Assembly (NCBI RefSeq): GCF_006345805.1
Contig: NC_043023.1
Coordinates: 14,880,001 to 14,944,000 of the forward strand
Length of the DNA: 64,000 nt
Source: Octopus sinensis
Lineage: Eukaryota
Direction of reading: 5' to 3'
Each line of letters begins with the position of its first letter. Position 1 is the first letter of the stretch. Below are positions 39,766 through 49,475 of this stretch, piece after piece. The position numbers and the translations under genes were made by a program. Below the pieces are notes generated by a model. The model did no database searches, was not told the origin of the DNA, and worked only from the letters and a program-made list of their open reading frames with translations.

Positions 39766-40908
39766 GTGTCTTTATTTCTATGTTTTTCCCTTACCATCGC
39801 TCGACAACCATTGTTGGTGTGTTTACATCCCCATAACCTAGTGGTTCAGCAAAAGATACCCATAGAAAAAGGGTCGAACTAAAGTGCTTGACCAGAGCAA
39901 AAAAATATATATGTATATAGTGCAATAGGTGTACAACAACATGTAGTAAACGAATATGAAAAAAAAGGTGTGCTGGCAAACGGAGGGTGAGAGAGAGGAC
40001 TCGGAAAATTCACATTGGGAATGTTCCGAGTCCTCTCACCACTTCCCTGTCCCTTGGCAAAATTCTTTTTCTTCATATTTGTTTACTACACATTATTTTA
40101 CACCTAGTACACTATTATTTTTTTCAATTTTTGTGACTGGGGGTGAGTGGGATGCAGACTCGGATACTTCACACGATCCTGTAACCCCACTCCGACACCT
40201 GGTCACATAAATGAAAAAAAAAAGTCTTAAAGGTGTAAAACAACATGTAAACAAATACGAAAAAAAATGCATGCTGACAGGGGGGAAGAGAACTCGGGGA
40301 AATTCAGATCATGACCTTTAAACTCCAGTGATTTTTTTTTTTTTGTTTTTTGTTTTGCTCGGGTCAAACACTTCAGTTTGACAAAAAAAAGTACCAGGCT
40401 TAGAAGAAAAAAATTTTTTTCGTTTCAAAATGCAGTGCTCCAGCCTGGCCGCTGTCTATTGACTGAAACAAGTACAAGATACAAGATATGTCTGCATGCA
40501 TAGGGATAGGGTTTTTGGTAGGTAGGTAGATAGTTACACACATACATGCACATTTAGACATAGGTGCAGGAATGCCTGTGTGGTAAGTAGCTTGCTTACC
40601 AACCACATGGTTCCGGGTTCAGTCCCACTGCGTGGCACCTTGGGCAGGTGTCTTCTACTATAGCCTCAGGCCGACCAAAGCCTTGTGAGTGGATTTGGTA
40701 GACAAAAACTGAATGAAGCCTGTCGTATATATGTATATAGGCACCGGAGTGGCTGTGTGGTAAATAGTTTGCTAACCAACCACATGGTTCCGGGTTCAGT
40801 CCCACTGCGTGGCACCTTGGGCAGGTGTCTTCTACTATAGCCTCAGGCCGACCAAAGCCTTGTGAGTGGATTTGGTAGACAAAAACTGAATGAAGCCTGT
40901 CGTATATA

Positions 40909-40953
<45 letters not shown>

Positions 40954-42221
40954 ATGTTGGTGTGTCTGTGTTTGTCCCCCTAGCATTGCTTGATAACCGA
41001 TGCTGGTGTGTTTGCGTCCCTGTCACTTAGCAGTTCGGCAAAAGAGACTGACAGAATAAGTACTGGGCTTACAAAGAATAAGTCCAGGGGTGCTCCAGCA
41101 TGGCCACGGTCAAATGACTAAAACAAGAAAAAGAGAAAGAGAATGCACACACACACAAATACACACACATATGTACACTCACTGACATCCATGTGTACAT
41201 AGACTTATGCACAGATTTCCATACAGGACCACCCCCCATTAACCCCTTAATCACACATACACACAAATCAGAGGTCCTTCCCAAGTCATAGGCCCATAAA
41301 GCCAGTTTTCTCTGAATTCTGTGGCGTATGTATCATCCCCTGGCAGGGACATCAGCCTCTCCTGGGATTACTCATTTTTGATGGCTGAGTGGACAAGAGT
41401 GACATGAAGTGAATTGTTTGGCTCAAGAACACAGAGCATCACCCAGGCTGAGAATTGAAAGCACGGTCTTAGAATAATGAATGCAGCACTAACCACTGAG
41501 CAACATGATCATGGATACACATAGATACACACACACACACACATGGTGCATGGGCACACATACACAGACACACACGAGCAGACTAGCACAGACACACACA
41601 CACGCACGCACGCAGACATACACACACGCAGACACACACACACACGCACACACACACACACACATGCACGCAGACACACACACGCAGACACAGAGACACA
41701 CACACACGCACGCAGACACACACAGACATACAAACGCATGCAGACACACACATTCTTTTACTTGTTTCAGTCATTAGACTGCAGCCCCTTACTGGGGCAC
41801 TATCTTAAAAGCTTTAGGGTGATTGAATTGACCCCAGTAATTATTCTTTTTTAAGCCTGGTACTTATTTTACTAGAGTCCTTTTGCCACAATAGCTAAGT
41901 TACAGGGCCAAGCCAACACTGGTTATCATGTGGTGGTGTGGGACAAACACACAAACATACATATAAAAAAGCAGTGTCCCAGCCTGGCCACAGCTCTCAA
42001 GCTGAAACAATAAAATATATACCCACACACAAATATATATAAATATATATAGGCATAGGAGTGGCTGTGTGGTAAGTAGCTTGCTTACCAGCCACATGGT
42101 TGCGGGTTCAGTCCCACTGCGCGACCCCTTGGGCAAGTGTCTTCTACTATAGCATCGGATTTGTGAGTGGATTTGGTAGACGGAAACTGAAAGCCTGTCG
42201 TATATATGTATATATACATAC

Positions 42222-42260
<39 letters not shown>

Positions 42261-42610
42261 AACATCGCTTGACAACCGATGCTGGTGTGTTTACGTCCCT
42301 GTAACTTAGCGGTTCAGCAAAAGAGACCGATAGAATAAGTACTGGGCTTACAAAGAATAAGTTGATTTGCTCGACTAAAGGCAGTGCTCCAGCATGGCCG
42401 CAGTCAAATGACTGAAACAAGTAAAAGAGTACACACACACACACACACACAATTCTTTCAGTTTCCGTCTACAAAATCAACCCACAAGGCTTTGGCTTGA
42501 ACCTGGAACCATGTGGTTGGAAAGCAAACTTCTTACCACACAGCCATGCCTACCTACACACACACACCTGATCCAAAATTATACAAAAAACAAGGGACAA
42601 ATGAGGGATC

Positions 42611-42645
<35 letters not shown>

Positions 42646-43189
42646 TTTGTTTCCTTTACGTTATTCTTTTTTTGCTTCAGTCAAACAAAATCGACCCCAC
42701 GACTTATTCTTTGTAAGGCTAGTACTTAGTCTATCGGTCTATTTTGCTGAACCGCTAAGTTACAGGGATGTAAACACACCAGCACAAGCTGTCAAGCAGT
42801 GATGGGAGACAGACACAAAGACACACACACATACAGAGATATATATACATATATGTATATGATGGGCTTCTCTCGGTTTCCATCTACCAAATCACAAAGG
42901 CTCTGGTGAGCATGAGACTAAAGTAGAAGACAAAGTGCTTTGGAGTTGGATTGAACCCAGAACCATGTGATTGGTAAGCAAGCTTCTTGCCACACAGCCA
43001 CTCCTTCTATATATATAGGGAGAGACACACACACACACACAGACACACACACGTGTCTGATGCATGTGCATACACACACATCTACAAATATCCACACATG
43101 TGCATCCAGTCATCCGTATCTACAGACACGGATGCACAAATGTTTCCAGACCCAAAACATCTCATGAGCATAAACAGACACACACACAG

Positions 43190-43230
<41 letters not shown>

Positions 43231-43509
43231 TACACATATAGACACACGCACACACACACACACAGACACACAAATAGACACACACACACAGACACACATA
43301 TATAGACACACGCACACACAGACAAACACACACACACACACACAAACACACACATAGACAAACACACACACAGACACACAAACAGACACAAAAACACACA
43401 CACACACACACAAACACACATGCACACACATCTACAAATATCCACACACATGCATCCAGTCATCCATATCTACAGACACGGATGCACAAACATTTCTAGA
43501 CCCAAAACG

Positions 43510-43540
<31 letters not shown>

Positions 43541-46245
43541 GGCAATACTCAGCTACACACATAACCACACAATGTTGACTGATAACAACTGGATTAGTCA
43601 TCGTGGAAGCCAACAGAAGATCCATTCATAACATGTTGATGACTGGGGCTTTAGCCAATCAGTGGACAAAACCCCTTCTGCCCAACCCTTTTTTTTTTTC
43701 TGGCAAGGGGAAAAAAAATCTAAGGAAGACATTTATATCCTGCTATATGATCGTAGAAAGGTGACAATCGTTTTGATGAATAATAAGGGGTGTGTGGAGG
43801 TAACTGGAGATGTTTGTATATAGCAAGAATTAGCTCAGTAAAGTGTGAGAGAGAGAGAGAAATATTTTTGAACAACATTATTATTTTCCAGGAATTTTTA
43901 TTGACAGAAGGTAAACAGAGATAGTGTGCTAATGTTGAAGAGAGAGCTGGTGTTGGAGAGACAGGGAGACAGAGCGGGGAAGGGAGATGGAGAGTGGGAT
44001 GGAGAGGGAGAGAGCCAGAGAGAGAGAGAGGGAGAGAGAAAGAGGGAGAGATCTAATTGACAGAGGGCTAGAGACAAAGTGGTAGACTTAGTGAGCAAGC
44101 TGAAGGAGAGAGACAGAAAAATAGACAGAGATAGAGAGACAGAGAGAGATATAGAGAGATAGAGAGACAAAAAAATAGACAGAGATAGAGAGACAGAGAG
44201 AGATATAGAGAGCTAGAGAGACAGAGAGAGATATAGATAGAGAGATAGGGAGACAGAGAGATAGAGAGACAGAGAGACGGAGACAAGAGAGATATAGAGA
44301 GATAGAGAGACAGAGAGAGATATAGAGAGATAGAGATAGAGAGATAGGGAGACAGAGAGATAGAGAGACAGGGAGACAGAGAGACAGAGAGACAGAGAGA
44401 CAGAGACAGGGAGACAGAGAGACAGGGAGACAGGGAGACAGGGAGACAGAGAGACAGGGAGACAGAGAGACAGGGAGACAGGGAGACAGGGAGACAGGGA
44501 GACAGAGAGACAGGGAGACAGAGAGACAGGGAGACAGAGAGACAGGGAGACAGAGAGACAGGGAGACAGGGAGACAGAGAGACAGAGAGACAGAGAGACA
44601 GAGAGACAGGGAGACAGGGAGACAGAGAGACAGGGAGACAGAGAGACAGAGAGACAGAGAGACAGGGAGACAGGGAGACAGGGAGACAGGGAGACAGGGA
44701 GACAGAGAGACAGGGAGACAGAGAGACAGAGAGACAGAGAGAGAGAGAGAGAGAGACCGAGAGATAGAGAGAGAGAGAGACCGAGAGATAGAGAGAGAGA
44801 GAGACCGAGAGATAGAGAGAGAGAGAGACAGAGAGACCGAGAGAGAGACAGAGACAGAGAAACAGAGAGATAGAGAGACAAAGAGATAGAGAGACAAAGA
44901 GATAGAGAGACAAAGAGATAGAGAGACAAAGAGATAGAGAGACAAAGAGATAGAGAGACAAAGAGATAGAGACAAAGAGATAGGAGACAGAAGACTAGAG
45001 AGACAAAGAGATAGAGAGACAAAGAGATAGAGAGACAAGAGATAGAGAGACAAAGAGATAGAGAGACAAAGAGATAGAGAGACAAAGAGATAGAGAGACA
45101 AAGAGATAGAGAGACAAAGAGATAGAGAGACAAAGAGATAGAGAGACAAAGAGATAGAGAGACAAAGAGATAGAGACAAAGAGACAGAGAGACAAAGAGA
45201 CAGAGGGACAGAGAGACAGAGAGAGGCAAACAGATTCAGTGAGAGAGAGACTTAATGAGTCAGCTGAAGGAGAGAGACACAAGGAGAAACAGAGACAGAC
45301 AAAAGTGGTAGACTTATTGAGCAAGCTGAAGGAGAGAGAGACAAAGCCAGAGAGACAGGCAGACAGAGAGAGAGAGAGCAAAGAGAGAAACCTAGTGACA
45401 GAGGACTAGAGAGAGAAGTAGACAAAGTGGTGGACTTATTGAATGAGATGATGGAGAGAGAGAGAGAGAGAGAGAGAGACAGAAAGTAAGATAAAGAAAC
45501 AAAATGAGAGAGAGAGAGAGAGAAAACCGCAGAAAACAAAAAAAAAAAACGATTTAGCCATTAAAATGTGTGCAGGAATAAAACGAAGGTGAGCACTTAC
45601 CTTACAGGCCCTGGTAGGGAATGTGGGTAATGGTGTCTCGCTTCTGACTGACGTCTCATCATCAAAGTGCGACTGGGTTACACTGCCCCCTTCGCTGCTA
45701 CCTTCCACAGAGTCCGATTCTACGCTGGCGCTGTTGTAACCGACTTTGACGAGGCGTCCATCCTGCACCAGCTGGCCGGTCTTCACCCCTTTCTTCAGCC
45801 AGAGGCGCAGCTGCTGGTTCAAGTTCACCCCTTCCGTCAGCTCGACGTTGTAGCTGCGGCATATGTACTTCTCGATATTGTGCAGGCTCGAGCCCCCAAT
45901 CTCCCCGAGCTCCTTAACCGAGCGGGCGATCAGCTTCACCAGCTCGGTGCCCCGGCCGACCTTCAGGGTGCGGCTCTTGAGCTGCGCCACGCGCTCCGGG
46001 TCCTTGTAGGAGCATAGGCCCTTGTTGTAGACCTTCAGCACGCTGCCCTCCTTCACGCACAGCTCCAGATGCTGTTCGATGACTTCGCGACTCACCTTGT
46101 GCGACTGACGGACAGCATTGCAGATTCTGTCGATGCTGGGTCGCTGTTTCTGTTGTTTGATCTTGCGGATGGCCTCCAGGATCCACTTGGTGTAGGTAGC
46201 GTTTGCTAGCCCAGGCTGCAAGGAGTCTTTCCTTTCTTTCACCAT
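695..46245 (-). CDS. KAT6A/KAT6B: MYST-family histone acetyltransferase KAT6 (KAT6A/KAT6B orthologue), 9 coding exons in window, 3'-incomplete
   Basis: Exons join in phase (0,1,0,1,2,1,0,2,0) through GT-AG introns to 1274 codons. Domain order WH1-H15-PHD1-PHD2-linker-MYST start matches human KAT6A/B as recalled. The gene runs off the left edge. Confidence 0.96.
881..1080. mobile_element. TA-flanked MITE with about 40-bp TIRs
   Basis: tattctgttgtgtctggggagagtcattttctttttgtg ... cacaaaaagaaagtgactctctccagacacaacagaata. Confidence 0.75.
1348..1662 (-). mobile_element. tRNA-derived CORE-like SINE family D
   Basis: Head ggcacatggctcagtggttagagc; core gagcaaga...ttcacgttgctccagttcactcatctgtagaaatgg. 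Copies at about 11925-12060, 24260-24660, 32450-32690 and 53090-53420. Confidence 0.75.
1669..3580. repeat. 1.9-kb compound GGT/AGT/GAT trinucleotide array
   Basis: Mixed units, often a 24-nt higher-order gatggtagtagtggtggtagtggt; it ends 15 nt from the exon 8 donor. Confidence 0.95.
3595..3944 (-). CDS. KAT6A/KAT6B: KAT6 coding exon 8: S/T-rich spacer and start of MYST domain
   Basis: ASCNGSDKK...[27 protein letters not shown](R); acceptor ttctattttcag, donor AG|gtttgt; 350 nt. Confidence 0.96.
4086..4504 (-). mobile_element. tRNA-derived SINE family B, 1.5-mer
   Basis: Head GGCGGCGAGCTGGCAG, box B GAGTTCAAATTCC, core GCCTTTCATCCTTT.GGGGTCGAT; internal tandem junction at 4270/4271. Confidence 0.85.
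4744..4786 (+). ncRNA. Degenerate hammerhead-like motif
   Basis: gacac-CTGATGA-aa-GCTG-gagagcatat-CAGC-c-GAAA-cgtgtt; the cleavage-site/stem I junction appears deleted. Confidence 0.35.
4898..5040 (-). CDS. KAT6A/KAT6B: KAT6 coding exon 7: poly-Ala and pre-MYST helix (not in the ORF track)
   Basis: (D)SAETNR-A13[28 protein letters not shown], similar to KAT6A VTEKDMELFRDIQEQA. Acceptor tttattttcag, donor GAG|gtaaga; 143 nt. Confidence 0.93.
5754..6131 (+). mobile_element. tRNA-derived SINE family A (bipartite, microsatellite linker)
   Basis: Box A TGGCTGTGTGGT, box B GGTTCAGTCCC, tail GACTGAAACAAGTAAAAGAG. More than 20 full or partial copies in the window. Confidence 0.85.
6383..6810 (-). 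mobile_element. SINE family A, full length
   Basis: Reverse complement of the family A consensus with an internal (TA)n. Confidence 0.85.
7360..7404 (-). ncRNA. Hammerhead-like motif with G15.1-C16.1 replacing A-U
   Basis: gttgtg-CTGACGA-T-GGTT-attga-AGCC-GAAG-CACATGC-C-cacaac; perfect 6-bp stem I. Confidence 0.4.
8560..9066 (+). mobile_element. AT-rich Penelope-like element carrying a hammerhead
   Basis: About 34-bp inverted repeats at 8638-8671 and 9027-9060 flank the ribozyme; the element is bounded by (TA)n tracts. Confidence 0.5.
8897..8959 (+). ncRNA. Minimal type-I hammerhead ribozyme, intact core
   Basis: Stem I ccac/gtgg; core CTGAAGA (8901-8907); stem II atgtct/agacat; GAAA (8944-8947); palindromic stem III ACGATCGT; GUA cleavage triplet ending at 8955. 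Confidence 0.8.
9604..10500. repeat. Compound (TG)n / gagatagaat / gaaaggaagaat minisatellite
   Basis: Recurring modules separated by variable (TG)n. Confidence 0.9.
10760..11338. repeat. Tandem duplication, period about 292 bp
   Basis: gagatgtgtaaag at 10777 and 11069; the copies differ mainly in microsatellite lengths. Confidence 0.85.
11476..11775 (+). mobile_element. Non-autonomous Helitron (300 bp)
   Basis: A|TC start, CTAG|T end, subterminal hairpin CCCG-agcaacgc-CGGG, no TSD; inserted into a SINE remnant. Confidence 0.85.
12721..13140 (+). mobile_element. SINE family A, full length
   Basis: Head, linker and tail all present. Confidence 0.85.
13916..14159. mobile_element. Tc1/mariner-type MITE
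   Basis: TIRs tacagggtgtttgtaaattacctttacaattt / aaattgtaaagataatttatggacactctgta, with TA ends. Confidence 0.7.
15177..17109. mobile_element. piggyBac-type MITE split by a 1.7-kb satellite-bearing insertion
   Basis: Left end ttaactctttagcattc at 15177; right part 16905-17109 matches the 21217 family; ATGTAA occurs at both junctions (15209-15214 and 16905-16910). Confidence 0.6.
15226..16681. repeat. Tandem satellite, 10 units of about 146 bp
   Basis: Unit starts at 15226, 15372, 15518, 15661, 15806, 15953, 16098, 16245, 16390 and 16536; units begin GGGATCTTTTCGGTTTGAACGGCAG. Confidence 0.95.
18500..19070. repeat. (TACA/TATA)n microsatellite
   Basis: Direct reading. Confidence 0.9.
19451..20055. 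repeat. Tandem duplication of about 290 bp of unique sequence
   Basis: Copies at about 19451-19735 and 19767-20055 differ by scattered small indels. Confidence 0.85.
20606..20826. mobile_element. MITE with about 43-bp TIRs
   Basis: gtatatttgccacttaaatgtggctaacccctaagggtggatg ... catccacccttaagggttacccacatttaagtggcaaatatac. Confidence 0.8.
21217..21442. mobile_element. piggyBac-type MITE (TTAA target, CCCTTTAG ends)
   Basis: ttaa-ccctttag...ctaaaggg-ttaa; related copies at 23081-23309 and 61803-61986. Confidence 0.75.
23081..23309. mobile_element. piggyBac-type MITE, diverged copy
   Basis: ttaaccttttagcattcag...aacgctaaaggtttaa; internal similarity to 21217-21442. Confidence 0.6.
25240..26420. 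repeat. (TA/TG/TAGA)n microsatellite field just past the exon 6 donor
   Basis: Direct reading. Confidence 0.9.
26488..28640 (-). CDS. KAT6A/KAT6B: KAT6 coding exon 6: 2153-nt low-complexity linker with two GLFDGLS motifs
   Basis: One open frame despite many homopolymer runs; contains [14 protein letters not shown] and [22 protein letters not shown], which resemble KAT6A/B linker motifs. Acceptor cccttcttcag, donor G|gtaaga; phases fit both neighbours. Confidence 0.9.
29220..29447 (-). mobile_element. SINE family B
   Basis: Monomer; further monomers at about 22770-22970, 33735-33968 and 53655-53870. Confidence 0.8.
30458..30690. repeat. Long inverted repeat, 85-bp arms with 63-bp spacer
   Basis: 30458-30542 is the reverse complement of 30606-30690 apart from a few substitutions. 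Confidence 0.9.
30893..31161. repeat. Near-perfect palindrome, 127-bp arms with 15-nt loop
   Basis: 30893-31019 versus 31035-31161: two mismatches seen; TTAA at both outer ends. Confidence 0.92.
31343..31730 (-). mobile_element. tRNA-derived SINE family E with about 12-bp TSD
   Basis: Head tggaggcgcaatggcccagtggttaggg; flanks caccagactcat / caccaggctcat. Confidence 0.8.
31881..32037 (-). CDS. KAT6A/KAT6B: KAT6 coding exon 5: end of PHD2 and basic linker
   Basis: (G)[51 protein letters not shown](R); acceptor tctgtttttttag, donor AG|gtaagt; 157 nt. Confidence 0.93.
33076..33456 (+). mobile_element. SINE family A, near-consensus copy
   Basis: taggcgcaggagtggctgtgtgg...gactgaaacaagtaaaagag. 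Confidence 0.88.
34279..34357 (-). CDS. KAT6A/KAT6B: KAT6 coding exon 4: PHD2 core (not in the ORF track)
   Basis: Read by hand: [26 protein letters not shown](G); acceptor ttctttttcttcag, donor G|gtaacg; 79 nt, which bridges phase 0 to phase 1. Confidence 0.95.
34400..34950. repeat. (CA/TA)n microsatellite in the intron between exons 3 and 4
   Basis: Direct reading. Confidence 0.9.
35264..35376 (-). CDS. KAT6A/KAT6B: KAT6 coding exon 3: end of PHD1 and start of PHD2
   Basis: (G)[37 protein letters not shown]; acceptor ttttttgttgcag, donor GAG|gttggt; 113 nt. Confidence 0.95.
35431..35729. repeat. 25-bp minisatellite, 12 units
   Basis: taggtacaggtgtgataagaaatta repeated from 35431 every 25 nt; the last unit runs into a family A SINE. 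Confidence 0.95.
36364..36396 (-). ncRNA. Degenerate hammerhead-like motif, same family as 56948-56985
   Basis: ttt-CCGATGA-A-GAGC-tat-GCTT-GAAT-TGTC-aaa; several point changes. Confidence 0.35.
37926..38034 (-). CDS. KAT6A/KAT6B: KAT6 coding exon 2: first half of PHD1
   Basis: [36 protein letters not shown](G); acceptor (t)n-gttacag, donor G|gtaagt; 109 nt. Confidence 0.96.
39873..40382. mobile_element. MITE with about 29-bp TIRs inserted into a SINE
   Basis: gtcgaactaaagtgcttgaccagagcaaaa ... ttttgctcgggtcaaacacttcagtttgac; SINE sequence resumes after 40382. Confidence 0.65.
40560..41140 (+). mobile_element. SINE family A with tandemly duplicated 5' half (period about 179 bp)
   Basis: Both heads share private variants (gcaggtgtc, gacaaaaactgaatg). 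Confidence 0.8.
42052..42430 (+). mobile_element. SINE family A
   Basis: Head to tail with a (TG)n linker. Confidence 0.8.
43930..45530. repeat. 1.6-kb purine-rich tract with 8-mer (GAGACAGG/A) and 16-mer (GAGACAAAGAGATAGA) arrays
   Basis: Direct reading; it starts about 70 nt from the exon 1 donor. Confidence 0.9.
45601..46245 (-). CDS. KAT6A/KAT6B: KAT6 coding exon 1: N-terminal winged helix (WH1) and H15/WH2 domain
   Basis: [45 protein letters not shown]...SYKDPE resembles KAT6A [36 protein letters not shown]. Start context ccaacATGG; donor AAG|gtaagt at 45601. Confidence 0.95.
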
Positions 46246-46843
46246 GTTGGACAGCTACACAATGACTGGAGATATAGCAACATGACCCAACCAACAAGCT
46301 TCCTCAGAACTCAGAAGCAACAGCAATAGCAACAAGAAGAAGGGTTGCAGAAGAAGAAGAAGAAGAAGAAGCAGTAGACGGGGTAACAGCAGGAAATCGC
46401 GGAAAACAGTGGCCCAAGGCGGGATCAACCAGTGATGCACGAGATCACTTGTCTCAGAAGCCCCGCGGAAACAGGTGCTTGTAGGGGCAGGGTTAATTTT
46501 GCTGGCAGTAGCAATAGTACTAACAAAAACGTTTGTAGCTTGGGACCAGGGGGAGCCAGAAGCTAAACAAAATGTGCACGAGTTGTCACAGAAATGGGGG
46601 TTTGCTGGAACCCAAAACATTGGAAATCCAGCTGGAATGGGGAGAAAAAAGGGACAACGATTGAGGGGTGTTTGCTAGAATCCAAATCATTGGAAAATCC
46701 AGCTCAGTCTGGGAGGGTGGGGTTAGAGAAAAAAAGGGGTGTGAGGCAATAATTGGATTAGGGCAAAAGCTTAAATTAATGCTGGGGTTATTGCTAAGAG
46801 CATATGTGTATATATATATACAAATATATATATACACACTCAC

Positions 46844-47457
46844 GTAGGAGGAGCAGTTGTCTAAACAAAATGTCAGTGTAAGAACTATGTTTGCTGTAAT
46901 AATAATAATAATGGTGAGGAGTTAATTTTTTTTTCAAAAATGCTAAAAATTTCTTTTTCTTTTTTCTCCTTGATTGAAAATATATAAAAACACAAAATCT
47001 TTGTGAGTGTGTCAGCAGGTTGGTTACGTAACAATACTGAAAGGAAGAAAGAGGTTGATGCGGAACGGACCAGTTTCGCTTTCTGAGATGGGGCGCACGG
47101 AAATAATAATAATTATCTAAAAAAAAAAAAAAAAAAAAGGGAAGGGAGAATTAAGTGGGGGGAGTAAAGGGAATCATCACATGTCTTTTTCTTTTGTTCT
47201 TTTTTATCAAGTCCTCTGTTGTTTTTTTTTTTAATATATATATATATATGTGTGTGTGTATGTGTGTGTTTGTGATGGTGATCGCGGGTTCAGGTGTATC
47301 AGAGAAGCTTCAGTTTTGATAGTGTTTCCAAGACCGAGCAACGGCTAGTCTAGTGACGGAACATCCTCGAAACATCTCCAACGATTTGTCTTCTTGTAAT
47401 GATGATGTTGTTGTGGTTATTGTCCTTGTAGTTGTAGATATTGATCCAGGCAGGCAC
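46844..47457 (-). other. Candidate non-coding 5'UTR exon(s) of KAT6 with alternative acceptors
   Basis: Acceptor (t)n-ctgttgacag at 47457; a second acceptor ctgac...ttttgtttag at 46860; donor TAC|gtgagt at 46844. No transcript evidence is available. Confidence 0.35.
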
Positions 47458-47831
47458 CTGTCAACAGAAAAAAAAAACACCAATAAATATATATATATAT
47501 ATAATATTATACACACAGCAATGAATCACTCTATACACACTCCCTAAAATGCCCCTCCTTAGAAATATGAATCACAAGTTTTATACATACATATACACAC
47601 AAAATTTATGAATCACAAAGGAACACCTCACTGTATAACCATTCCTTCTTAAAACCTAACTAACAATTTATATACACAAATTATATAATATCTATCTATA
47701 TCTCTATATCTACCTATCTAGATTATAATATGATATATAATATATATATATATCTATATATAGATATATATATAATATATGTGAAAATGATTATATCACT
47801 GTATTTATATGTGTGTGCATATATATACACG

Positions 47832-47875
<44 letters not shown>

Positions 47876-47958
47876 CATGCACACATAAAGATGAATCACT
47901 TTTATATACCACACTATATAACTAACTCCATCTGCTAGGACCTCAGTAAACACATATT

Positions 47959-47999
<41 letters not shown>

Positions 48000-48025
48000 G
48001 CAAACGTTAAATGATGAAGATTGTG

Positions 48026-48083
<58 letters not shown>

Positions 48084-48084
<1 letters not shown>

Positions 48085-48438
48085 CTTTTTACTCTTTTAC
48101 TTGTTTCAGTCATTTGACTGCGGCCATGCTGGAGCACTGCCTTTTAGTCAAGCAAATCGACCCCGGGACTTATTCTTTGTAAGCCCAGTACTTATTCTAT
48201 CAGTCTCTTTTGCCAAACCGCTAAGTGACGGTTGTCAAGCAAACACAGACACACAAACACACACACATATATATATGACAGGCTTCTTTTCAGTTTCCGT
48301 CTACCAAATCCACTCACAAGGCATTGGTCGGCCTGGGGCTATAGCAGAAGACACTTGCCCAAGGTGCCACGCAGTGGGACTGAACCCGGAAACATGTGGT
48401 TGGTAAACAAGCTACTTACCACACAGCCACTCCTGTGC
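48084..48438 (-). mobile_element. SINE family A
   Basis: Reverse-complement copy with an internal deletion. Confidence 0.8.
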
Positions 48439-49083
48439 TTTTATATATATATATATGTGCGTGCGCATATATGTATATATATATTATATATATATTTATA
48501 TATGTGCGCACGCATATATATATGTATATATATTTACATGCACACATACAAAAATGAATCACTTTTATATACCTCACTATATAACTAATTCCATCCGCTA
48601 CAACCGCAGCAAACATACACATATTTTTGTGTGGTGTGTATATACAAACGTATATACAAATGATGATGAGGAGTATTGAGATATATATACATATACACGC
48701 ACACACAGATATGTATACAAATATGCATGCACCATACACAGATACACATAAATTAATCACCCTACATATTTCACAACAACCAATCCCACACACACACACA
48801 CATGCATGCATGCACAGACAGATACAAATATACACAGAAAATCGCTATACACCTCTCATTATAGCCAATCCTATCTTCTGAAACCTGAGTATTTTACAGA
48901 CACACATGAATCATATTAGTTATATGGTATACAATAAGAGAATACGGTACTTCCTACGTCAATGGTTCTCAACCGAGGTGCATATGGCCCTTGCGGGGGG
49001 TCCATATAAGATTTTGTTGTTAAAATCTATCTGCAACAAACTGGTTATATTTTTGCGATACATAATATTACAATATTACAAAA

Positions 49084-49475
49084 GGCGCAGGAGTGGCTGT
49101 GTGGTAAGTAGCTTGCTAACCAACCACATGGTTCCGGGTTCAGTCCCACTGCGTGGCATCTTGGGCAAGTGTCTTCTGCTATAGCCCCAGGCCGACCAAT
49201 GCCTTGTGAGTGGATTTGGTAAACTGAAACTGAAAGAAGCCTGTCGTATATATGTATATATATATGTATGTGTGTGTGTCTGTGTTGGTCCCCCTAGCAT
49301 TGCTTGACAACCGATGCTGGTGTGTTTACGTCCCCGTCATTTAGCGGTTCGGCAAAAGAGACCGATAGAATAAGTACTAGGCTTACAAAGAATAAGTCCC
49401 GGGGTCGATTTGCTCAACTAAAAGGCGGTGCTCCAGCATGGCCGCAGTCAAATGACTGAAACAAGTAAAAGAGAG
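49084..49475 (+). mobile_element. SINE family A
   Basis: Full-length copy. Confidence 0.85.

Noticed and set aside
44068-45539. Leu/Ser/Cys-rich ORFs of 297-363 aa
   Set aside because: Translation of the GA-rich tract.
45601-46245. Bacterial contamination or horizontal transfer suggested by high GC
   Set aside because: It encodes the KAT6 N-terminus and splices in frame to exon 2.
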